Shown here one piece after another: positions 13,611 to 24,440 of a stretch of DNA of 64,000 nucleotides. A program made the position numbers and the translations under genes. Every line of letters starts with the position of its first letter. Within the stretch, counting starts at the first letter, position 1. Under the pieces are notes generated by a model. The model was not told the DNA's origin and ran no database searches. It saw nothing but the letters and a program-made list of their open reading frames with translations. This stretch comes from Marsupella aquatica (Eukaryota > Plantae > Marchantiophyta). Location: the NCBI GenBank assembly GCA_973895155.1, contig OZ316893.1, positions 19,224,857 to 19,288,856 of the forward strand, in the 5' to 3' direction.

Positions 13611-16119
13611 TTAGAAGTTGATACAATTGAAGCAACAACTAGCTATGTTGCAAACATAAACTGAAATGTACAAATATTATGAATAGAGAACCAGAAGTCA
13701 AAAGCTTTTGGGTCTAAGAGAATGTGGTATCTAATTTTAACTTTGTAACAAACTAACATTTTAACCTTGACTAGAATACAACAACAAATCTCCCAGTAAG
13801 AGCAACTGATGAGCTAGTACTGTATTGTCCTAGCTGCAAGGCCTGTGAGCCATCATCAACATTTTCTCATCAGGTGCTTTCCAACATTGTTTGCATTTTC
13901 AACATTTCTCATCAGGTACTTTGTAATTTTGTTTGCAACTTCAACATTTTGCATTGCATAGGTTATAAATTTGATCACAACTTCAGAGCGTCCTGTTCAA
14001 ACCCCACAAGTTGCTGAAGCCATGTCATCCCTCTCTTTTCAGGATTGTGGCTAAGTTCTACCCCATTTGATGTACCTTTGGAGCTACCATTGTTTTGGGC
14101 CATTGCCCAACTCTGACACCTGGAATAATTTGTTGCACAAGTTTGAGAGAGGACCCTTATGTCCAAAAGATACTTCATGACCTTCCACCCTAAGCTAATT
14201 GCTTCTTGAGTTAGCTTGAAGTCTGTGAAGAGATGGACAGAATGGATGGATAGATGAAGAGATTATTCTAATTAAAGGCTACTTGGGAGGGGATATTTGG
14301 GTAGGTACTGACTGCAGTTGGATGGAAAAATTACATGAAAAATTTACCTATTGCATTGGTGGAGAATTACAAATAGAGAGATGGATTTCTAAATTTTGGA
14401 GAAACCAATCCACACTATGTGCTTGACAATCCACAAGAGTTGTAACCTGACACACTCAATATCTTTTTAGGTAGAGAGCTCTCTGCACTTGGACAACTAG
14501 TGGGCATGCCAGCTAGATTCCTGGATCTAACTGATTTTATACATGTTTTCTAAAATCTATCCAATTCCATGGAGTACAAGATTTGATGTTGCTTCTCTTA
14601 CTTTCAAACAAACTTCAAATTTGGATAAAAGTTTCACAATGGGAGTATATTGCATCAAGAGAGATACCCCTAAATTGAAGTGTTACTTGATGTACCTTAT
14701 GAGGTCCCATGAGATTCTGGGTATGTTGATTGAAGGTCCATCAACCGACCGGATCTCTCATAGGATCCATCAAGTAACTCTTTTCTTTGTGGGGGCCCAT
14801 CAAGTATATATCTCATTGCATCAAATCAGGGTCAAGGGTAGATTCAATGTCTTGATGCAAAAAAGGTGCAAGATGACCATTGATCCTTCTAACTTAACCT
14901 GAGCTAATTTTCCTATCTCATGGTGGAAAAAGTTGGCACCGTATTTATTGAATTGAATAGAAGGACAAAAGAAATGGCAACCTAACTGTATATAGAGTGA
15001 TCTCATTTAATTTGAAGGGTGCCAATAACAGCTTGAGACATTTTGCCTATCGCAGAACAATACACTTGTACATGACTTAGAGCACTAGTATCAAGCAATA
15101 TATCATTATTGTCAACATGAAATTTGGAATGTACAGATGAGACCACACTTTCATAGTCATATGATTGGTTGAATGGCCCTTGACCAAAATGGGGAGATGC
15201 AAGGGTTACTTAGAAAATACACACAACTGATGACTATGTATATCACCCTGCCGACGAACAAAACACTCCAGCTTCACTTATATAATCACGATGGGCAAGT
15301 AGCGTTAGTGCAATAGTTTCATAGGTAGTGGTATATCATGATATACCTCATTGTCTACATGGAAAATAGCTCAAAAGTATAGCTCCAGCCTATTTATACA
15401 AAGAAAGTTGTAAAATGCAACTGCACCATGATACTGTTGCACCACTTTTGATTCAAAATTGACGTTGGATATTGGTATCAATCATCCCATCAAATTAAGC
15501 TCTATAGTTTGCATTTACAGTAAATCCTGGGTTTGGCTCGTGATATCAATAATTTTGGACCAGAAAACATGAACAATAGAAACTAAGGTCTCATATATAT
15601 GCAAATTTACACCCTCTCAAAAATCTCATTTTCAAGCATGAATAAATGTAGTTTGACAGGTAAAGCACACATTTACATTCAAGTACTCCCATGCAAAGAC
15701 CTCAAGTCAATTACCCTCACATTTGAGAGACATTGAAAGCATCAACAACCTCCATTGATTAACAATTTGAAAGGCCTCAGATTTTGTCTTTTTATTGACC
15801 ATCCAATGCAGTCAAACAGGGAACAGATTAAACACATAACTAAGATGTAACCGCAAATCTTGATTCATAGTTCATCCAAAAAAAATTCATTCTTGACTGC
15901 TCTTTCAGCATGCATTAGATCCTGCAGAAATCAATAAACAGAAACTTCAATAGTCAGCGTCTATGCAAGAACATCAACACATGTGATCCCCAAAAGTTTA
16001 GTTTTATCATCAGAAAGGAGAATAAGTTGGAATATTAATACGCACTAGGACAACATTAAACAGTAAGAACTTGTAATATCTCGTTTTCAATGGGAACCAA
16101 AATTTAAGTTCTGCATGGA

Positions 16120-16695
16120 TCACATACATAGGAGAGCTGGGATCGTGAAATTGTCGATTTGGATCCAAACAGGAGCTTGATAAGTTTGCACATGTGTCTC
16201 ATTGGGACATGTTGACACATTCCGGGTCCTCATTACCAAAGTTTTGTTGGAAATTGAAACTCCCCCCAGTTGTGGATAAGTTTGCCAAGATATGCCATAA
16301 AATAATCGCATGACTTGTTCTCCAAATCCAGTCACGCCCAGACTTTCTCCAAAAGAAACAGATATGGTCTTACTGGCAGGACCGGTGACAGGGAATCCCA
16401 TGTAAGTGGTCACGGGTACCATCAAATTGACTGGGATTTTAGTGAGATTAATGACTGGTGCTATAGAAGAAATGGTGAAAACTATTGTAGTTTTCCCTAA
16501 TGGTTGGATAGTAACAGCATTGGGGAAAACAGTGTATTGGATTGAAGGCAGTGCTGTTATTGTGAGGGGAACGTTTGAAGTCACGGTGAAATTGCCTATG
16601 TCAGTCAACAAGCTTGTAGGATCTTGAGCTCCAACTACTTGGAAGACCACAGCCAAAAGACCCAGAACCACATTGACCAGTAATCTTATCACCAT
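16120..16695 (-). CDS. Intronless 191-aa putative secreted, beta-rich glycoprotein of unknown family
   Basis: Single ORF in AT-rich surroundings. It has an N-terminal signal peptide MVIRLLVNVVLGLLAVVFQVVGA|QD, six N-x-S/T sequons (NFT, NLT, NKT, NVS, NET, NFT), a T/V/I/P-rich composition and two C-terminal Cys. Confidence 0.7.
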   Translation of the reverse strand: MVIRLLVNVVLGLLAVVFQVVGAQDPTSLLTDIGNFTVTSNVPLTITALPSIQYTVFPNAVTIQPLGKTTIVFTISSIAPVINLTKIPVNLMVPVTTYMGFPVTGPASKTISVSFGESLGVTGFGEQVMRLFYGISWQTYPQLGGVSISNKTLVMRTRNVSTCPNETHVQTYQAPVWIQIDNFTIPALLCM

Positions 16696-18189
16696 ATTTA
16701 TGATGCATCCACTTGGCTAGCTCTTTGTCATCAAAGGAAGGTGGCAACCATCTTCATAGAAGTAGAAACTAGCAAATAATTTACCAACACAAACTCTTAG
16801 TCACAACACAGGCTCGTTCCTAGTTAGTATTCTGCAAACATTGTGTGACTTAGGAGCAGGCTTGTGAATCAAAGTCGCAATATAGGTCATCTATCAATAC
16901 CTGTCACTCTGAAATTGACCAATTTACAAGGGCATGGCAGCTGTTTAGTCACAATGAGAAGCACATTCTCACACATCTACATGTGAGTAGTTTGAAATGA
17001 AACTTACTGAACACATAAAAATGTTTGAACATCACAATTGGAGACTTTCTGATATCAAAACCATCATTATACTTCATGTAACAATTCCTAAACATCTCAA
17101 TATTTGGTTCTCAAACAAAATATATAGAGTGCGGTTAATATATTTACCACTGAATCGACTAGCTCAAACACTGGAACTGCATTCTTGAAAAGGTCTTGTG
17201 AGAGGTCTTGGAGACCAGCTTCTATCTCTATCTACTAGTCCTTTTGGTACATTTGATTTGCATGTTAGCTTCATTCCACCTACTATCTCAACTGAATGGA
17301 TTGGATAACTGTAAAGGCAAGTTGGCATGTCAAATACCTAGGACTCTAAATAAGGTTCACTTTCAGATTTGTGGGGGCTACTGGAAATTGCCTGGTTAAG
17401 TAAATGTCAAATCTCTGAAACTTTTGTGTAGAATTTGTTGACTAATTTATGGAATATGTGCCCTAAAGACAACATACAAATATTAGACGATCATGTTATC
17501 AATCGAGGGATCCTTGCTATGGTTCAGCTACTGTAGAACAGAAGGGACTAGAAGCAAAACCTGTGACTTGAATAACACGTGTGGGTTTCTTTATCTCTTA
17601 GTCCAGAAGTATCAAATTTCAAGGGTAAGGTATGCACTATTGGTTAGCAATATAACTCAAGAAAACCTAACTACAATCTGAAAGAGCTGGAAACCCAATA
17701 CAGAGGCTAAACTGATGCTACCCGTCACCTCCTGTCAGCTAAGAGAGTTCTTTGATTTCCTGACGAGTAAGCCAAAACGGGAGGAAATCTCCTTTGAAAG
17801 ATAATAGTAATATTAGGAGGGGTGTCCACAATAATTGAATTTAAGGTGATGTCAATGCACTTAGAAATATTTTCCAAAGGTTAAGTGCGAAAACAAGAGC
17901 TGAGATGGTAAATTTTATATTGTGGAAATTACAAAGTGAACTTGATCACATTAAAACCATTACAAAGAACGTTGACAAGAGAACTCCATGAAATTGATGT
18001 ACTTATGAAGACTGATTTTCAAAGATAGAAAATGTTTGATTCAAACACTATGTTTTCCAAGCCCGTTTCCAAGTCACAAGATTATCCCACCCCTCCATAA
18101 CCTACTCATCCTAGTCGTTCTTCTTGGAGATAACATGAGTGATTTACTTAGAACTATCTATTTGTTGAAAGAACAAAAATGATGCTCCT

Positions 18190-20920
18190 AAGTGGTGGAC
18201 CTCCCACCAAGTGCTCGTCCAAACTTGTTTCTCAGCCTTGAAACAAATCAAACTTTGCACTAACATGGAATATTGGGGCAAGTTTTCTTCGACCATACTC
18301 CTTGTCGCTAGCGACCACTCCCATATGAAGCCGCGCTTGCCCTCGTCAGCACGACCGTCGCTCAATGGTCTTTACTATCTGCACAAGCAACCAACCAATC
18401 GGTAAGTAACCCGTCTTGATTTTGGAACTCCCAAGACCATTGTCTTGCATCAAAATCAATAATTGTTATTAAGTAGGTCAGTGGATAGAGTCTCCCAGGC
18501 CCGCATGGCCTTGCCATAAGTTGAAGCTAAGGTCGGCATCATTGTTCGTCTGGAACAGTCTATCTACCGGATGCCACCCAAGATTTCCCACTTTCTACCC
18601 GTCAATGGCTGACCGCCCTACCTCCAAGACATGCCCATGTCCCAAACTCAGTTTGTCACAAGCTAGTAGTAACATGCCGGGACCATTCGATTCCTAGTTC
18701 TTAGCGACCTTCCGACGGAACCGGGTTCCGCTCAAACTCTCACCGTGCATTGGGATCAAATCTCAATGGCAGCCCCCAGAGTCTACTTGGTTCTACCTCC
18801 CCAACATCAGGCCCCCATGGGAACCAAATACGTTTTGGTCACTATTCAACTTTGGATCGGCAAGAGGAATTCCCCCCATTGAAAGCCTCAAAACCAAAAC
18901 CATCTAATGCACTATCAGAGAGCACCATCAGGTATCTTTCTTTATTAGCTTTCCAACAAGCCCAAGCACTCCCCCAATGGAGATCCGATCATCGAGTTAT
19001 GCTTGTTTCCGCTCCAAAACTCGAAATGACGTATCTTCGTTGATCGCGATCAGCTCGAGCTCAAACTTGAAAGAACCACTCCCCTCATATATGCTTATGG
19101 GGACCTGCCACCCTCAAACCAGCTTTGGTACCCTATCTTTGGCCCCCTTTCTGAGGGTCTGTGGGCCCCGCCACTTAGCTTGAAACAAAGATAATCGAAA
19201 ACCCTCCGCAACTTGGCCTCGAGCACAAATTGTGGCATAGGGGGCTAGAAGTTACGGCCTAAAAACCCGCCCTGGTCCAGGAAACCCCCCTTGGTCCAAG
19301 CGTGTCCCTCGATGCACGACGACTCTAATTGAGTCAAAATTGGCCATAACTTTTGGCCCCTGGGTCCGTTGGCCGAGAAATACGCGGCCCCATGATTGGG
19401 CTTCTTGGACCCCTATGGTGGTCCGTTGGAAAAATATTTTCATTTTTCCATGATCGGCAATGGGCCCAAAAGTCACGGAACTTGATTACCTTAACACTTA
19501 GCTCCGAGCGAGGCCGAGCTCCCTTATGGTCTAGGCCCAGATAGGCCATCCGGGGAGGACTTAGCATGGGGAGACTGGTGGGCAGTGGGAAGTGGCACTG
19601 GCAAAAGCAAGGCGCTAGACTGGTGACACACACTAAGGATCTAGACTAGCTAAGAGCTGGTCGGGTCGAGGGGAAAAGGGCTAGGCTCAAGGTTGACCGT
19701 ACGGACCCCCAGACGAAATTTGAGTCTGGAGGGCTTGAGTGAGAGCTCCTCTTGGGCCCAAGGCCAATGAAGTTGACTCCATGGGCAACAAACGCTTGGG
19801 GCGCGAGTTATGGCCCGATCCGAGTTTGGCCGATTGCAGGGCTTGGGCAAAAATAGGACCTGAGGGCCTAGGCATGAGCACTAGGTTGGCCCGATCATAA
19901 TGGGCTAAGGCACTTCGCTTACGGACGCCTAACTAGAAAGTTCTGGGCATTGCCAATTGGTGGCGCGCCCAAACATGCAGGTTGGGGTCCAGGTGGGGGA
20001 CCAAAGTTGGTTCAAGGGTGGCAGGTCTCCAGAAGCATATATGAGGGGATTGGTGTCTCCTTGGGGGCTAAGGGCAAGCCGAAGTCATGAGCCACGGCGG
20101 TCGCGACACTAAGGGAGAACGCCAAACAAAAATGATGATAATTTCCCAATGGGGGAAGTCCGTTGGGGGACTTCTTGGGTGCGTTGGAAAGATCTCGAGG
20201 AGGGCTACATTATCTTAAGCTCAACTGGGTCTGGGGGTGCCATAGATTCTCGAGGTTTGTGGGGGCTATCTTGTCCGCTTGCCAAATCCTACCAAAACAG
20301 CAACCAAGCCGCATTCAGTCTCCCAAGGGAGCTTGCATTGGGGAGGCAAGACCAAGTAGGCGTGGAGGTTGAGTTCCAAGGGCACTTGGCCCCTAAACCG
20401 TCAGTTGGACAAGAAACGGAAGTTGGTTGCTAGAGTCGAGGCCATTCTAGTCTCGGCGTGTTGAGACAAGCTCGGGACAAGCTTTAGGACAAGCTACACT
20501 ACTTGGGCCATGAGCATGTCGTGGGGACAAGGCGGTCAGTTGGTGATGGATAGGTACAAGGGAGAACTCGGGCCGCGCCCAAGGGAGGAGCTATTCTGGA
20601 CGTATAATGGGCATCGGTTATGGTTTCGGCTTATGGCATCGGGAGGACCTATCGCTGACCTACTTACCAATGTCTGTTGAGCTTGAGTTAGGATGCTAGA
20701 CTTGGGAGATCTAGATCCTAAGGGGTTACTTACCGAGATGCTTGGTTGCTTGTGTAGACAGTGAACACCGTTAAGTAGCGATGGTGTTAGAGAGTAAGTG
20801 TGGCTTCATATGGGAGGGGTCGCGGGTGGTGCAAGAGGCATCAAGTTGTTTGATTGAGGGATTCCGTGCAGGCGTTTGGGCACCAAGGGCACTTAGGCGT
20901 GGGTGGCAAGGTCCACCACT
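18190..20920. repeat. Large diverged inverted repeat (arms ~18190-19150 and ~19960-20920), probably TE-derived
   Basis: Collinear reverse-complement blocks: cacaagcaaccaa..cggtaagtaaccc (~18382-18412) vs ~20723-20753; cccatatgaagcc (~18320) vs ~20801-20813; cccctcatatatgctt.tgg.gacctgccaccct (~19080-19114) vs ~20015-20049; agtggtggacct (~18190) vs ~20910. Confidence 0.75.
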
Positions 20921-21245
20921 CCAAACTACAAGCATGCAACTTGAATCGGTCATAACTTTTGGCCCTTGGGTCCGTTGGCCAAGAAACATGTGGCCCCATG
21001 ATTGGGCTCATGTGGGGCTTCTTGGGCCTCTATGGTGATCCGTTGGAAAGATAGTTCATTTTTTCATGATCGGCAACGGGTCCAAACTACAAGCATGCAA
21101 CTTGAGTCTGCCATAACTTTTGGCCCCTAGGTCCATTGGCCGAGAAATATGCGGCCCCATGATTGGGCTCATGTGGGGCTTCTTGGCCCCCTATGGTGAT
21201 CCATTGGAAAAATAGTTCTTTTTTTTGTGATCGGCAACGGGTCCA
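19330..21245 (+). repeat. Three copies of a ~130-160-bp GC-rich unit (~19330-19470, ~20925-21085, ~21085-21245)
   Basis: The unit cataacttttggcccc..ggtcc.ttggcc.agaaa.a.g.ggccccatgattgggct....ctatggtg.tcc.ttggaaa....tgatcggcaa.ggg.ccaa is present three times. Confidence 0.85.
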
Positions 21246-21473
21246 ATAGAGCTAAATTGGAGCGTATTTTTCTCAAGTCTTGTCCTTGCTCTTACTAGCC
21301 TCCTCTTTGTTAGTCGCATCCCTAATGGCCATGATGAGAGCAAATCTAAGAGGAGCTCAACCCTAGAGTTAGGCAACATTGGAGCAATTACGAGTAGGTG
21401 AAAGTTGTATTTGCGACTTCCTATGGAGTGAGGTAGTGAACCATACAGCCCCCATGGACCGTGACATTTTTTA

Positions 21474-21620
21474 CACCTTCACTCATTGACACCCTTGTTG
21501 TTTCCAAAACATTTTTTGGAACATTTTTAGAAACAAAGGTCAACTAGACTATGACACCTGTTATACCTTCACTCATTGACACCCTTGTTATTTCCAAAAC
21601 ATCTTTAGAAACAAAGGTGA
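21474..21620. repeat. Short tandem duplication (~90-bp period)
   Basis: accttcactcattgacacccttgtt.tttccaaaacat...ttagaaacaaaggt occurs twice. Confidence 0.8.
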
Positions 21621-22955
21621 ACCATCACTATTTCGCTGTCACTATCTCCCTTGATATCCAAAGGACTAGCTCTTCTTGTGAATGTTAGAAGCTGCTTGGA
21701 TATATTTTTCCAAATGGTCTAATATCTCTAGTTTTCATGAAGAATGGAGAGTCATCAATTTCTAGAGATTCATCTATCACTCACTGTCCCAGGTTTGCAC
21801 TACCAAACTTTTCCTAGCACCTAAATTTCACATTCCCTATCTCCCTCAATTTCCAATGGCATCCATTTTTTGCGGGGGGTCCTTAGAGCCTTCAGGTTTT
21901 TGAAAGCCAATTCTTCACTTGGTAAGAGACTGTTTCTGGAAGGTTTCAACAATGATACTAAGTTAACAAGAGTAAAAAGTTTATCATTCAGTCTCTAGTC
22001 AGAGATCTCAAAAATCCATAATTGGGATTTGCTTTAGGTTCCTTTCGACATGCTTTTGTTCAATATAGCTTGATATTTCTTGATTTTGGGCTTGTATGCT
22101 GAAAGTTTAGTACATACATGATTGCTTCATTTGGGGAAGAGTCTATACAAATGGTTGATATCCAACTTAAATGAAAAACATAGACTCTATTGTTCTCTTC
22201 TGGTCTAGATTGTCACCTCCCAACTGTAAGTCAGAATGCAAACTAATTGACCTGAGAAATCAAAAGTCTCTAGACACTTACAATAAGGTCAATTGTTGGG
22301 CATGATGAGTGTGGCTTATTGTCAAACCATGATTTCCTTCTCCAAATATTCTATCAATTTGGTTGGCTAATTAAAAATAATTATGTCATAAGCATTGTTT
22401 ACATCCCAATCACACCAACTATAGAAATGTTGCCTGATTGTCTTCTTGAGCCATAAGAAGTTTCCCGGCTTTCTGGGTTTTCTCCTTAGTTTGCTTTCCA
22501 GGTTTTCTCCTTTGCTTTCCTTTGTTGGGTTTTTGCCTTTGGGATCATGTCTCCCCATTCACTGTTTTTGTGCCTTTGCAGCTATATATATAAAGTCTCG
22601 TGCAAGTTCTATTGGGAAAATCCATGAGCAAGTCAGGTTATGACATCCCGTATGACACGTGTGTTTGGCAAGACCAAGTTGAGTCTAACACATCATTATT
22701 GGTACTATATTTTGCATTCAAATTGACAAACAAGCTTGCTGACAAGGGCCCCATTTTCACCTGGCCTTGTTGGGACTAACATAAATATGCTCTCATCTAA
22801 AGAGACCCTATGCCAGTACAAAGGGTAGCTTGACAAGAAGTCGAGGTCTATTGGTTGGGGCCCATTCAGGTATGGTGTCTACCCATCCTGCAAGGCAGGT
22901 AGTAGGCCCAAGTAAATGTTTTGTGGAGTGTTTCCTTTCACAACTTCAAAAAAAA

Positions 22956-24440
22956 TCTCCCTCAAGTTTGCTCAGAATCCGGATCTGTCAATTGATTCGG
23001 AAAGCTCTTCTCGAGGCGCTTCAAATTGATCACAAGATCGCCCCAAACAGTGGAGTTTCGCCACAGTTCTCCTCGGATTTCATTTTGACTTTCTTCTTTG
23101 GTTTCGGTAGGGTGACTCTTTGCAAAATTGTCGGGCCCATATCTCTCTCAATTTTGCTCGGAATCCGGATCTGTCAATTGATTCAGAAAGCTCTTCTTGA
23201 GACGCTTCAAATCGATCCCAAGATTGCCCCAAACGGTCAAGTTTTGCCACGGTTCTCCTCAGATTTCATTTCGACTTTCTTCTTCGGTTTCGTTAGGGTG
23301 ACTCTTTGCAAAATTGTCGGGCCCATAGCTCCCTCAATTTTGCTCGGAATCCGGATCTGTCAACTGATTCGGAAAGATCTTCTCGAGGCACTTCAAATTG
23401 ATCACAAGATCGCCCCAAACAGTGGAGTTTCGCCACAGTTCTCCTCGGATTTCATTTGGACTTTCTTCTTTGGTTTCGGTAGGGTAACTCTTTGCAAAAT
23501 TATCGGGCCCATATCTCCCTCAATTTTGCTCGGAATCCGGCTCTGTCAATTGATTCGGAAAGCTCTTCTTGAGGTGCTTCAAATCGATCCCAAGATCGCC
23601 CCAAATAGTCGAGTTTTGCCACGGTTCTCCTCATATTTCATTTCGACTTTCTTCTTTGGTTTCGGTAGGGTGACTCTTTGTAAAATTGTCAGGCCCATAT
23701 CTCCCTCAATTTTGCTCAGAATCCGGTTTTGTCAACTGATTCGGAAAGCTCTTCTCGAGACGCTTCAAATCGATCCCAAGATCATCTCAAACGGTCGAGT
23801 TTTGCCACGGTTGTCCTCGGATTTCATTTGGACTTTCTTCTTTGGTTTCGGTAGGGTGACTCTTTGCAAAATTGTCGGGCCCATATCTCCCTCAATTTTG
23901 CCGGGAATCCGGATCAATTGTTTTGGAAAGCTCTTCTTGAGGCGCTTCAAATCAATCCCAAGAGTGCCCCACACGATCAAGTTTTGCCACGGTTGTTCTT
24001 GGATTTCATTTCAAATTTCTTCTTCGGTTTCGGCAGGGTGACTCTTTGCAAAATTGTCAGGCCCATATCTCCCTCAATTTTGCTCGGAATCCGGATCTGT
24101 CAACTGTTTTGGAAAGCTCTTCTCGAGGCGCTTCAAATCAATCCCAAGATTGCCCCACATGATTGAGTTTTGCCACGGTTCTCCTCGGATTTCATTTTGA
24201 CTTTCTTTTTCGGTTTCGGCAGGGTGACTTTTTGCGGAATTGTCGGGCCCATATCTCCTTCAATTCTACTCGGAATCCGGATCTGTCAACTGATTTGGAA
24301 AGCTCTTCTTGAGGCGCTTCACATCTATACAAAGAGCGGTCCCAACGATTCAGTATTGCCATGCTTCTCCTCCGATTGGTTGTTGCCTTTTCTTCTTCAG
24401 TTTCGGTAGGGTGGCTTTTTGTTGAGTTTCATGGACCATT
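22956..24440. repeat. Tandem array of eight 186-bp units
   Basis: The anchor aatccgg recurs at 22976, 23162, 23348, 23534, 23720, 23906, 24088 and 24274. The period is 186, with one 182 step caused by a 4-bp deletion. An A8 run lies at the left edge, and the last unit is diverged. Confidence 0.97.

Noticed and set aside
13975-15006. Possible pseudogene or transposase remnant
   Set aside because: The frames I translated are stop-ridden and I found no diagnostic motif.
21839-21852. 14-bp match (atctccctcaattt) to the 186-bp unit about 1.1 kb upstream of the array
   Set aside because: Too short and without flanking similarity; consistent with chance.
22956-24440. Array as CRISPR-like repeat-spacer locus
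   Set aside because: Units are similar along their whole 186 bp with no unique spacers, there are no cas genes, and the context is eukaryotic.
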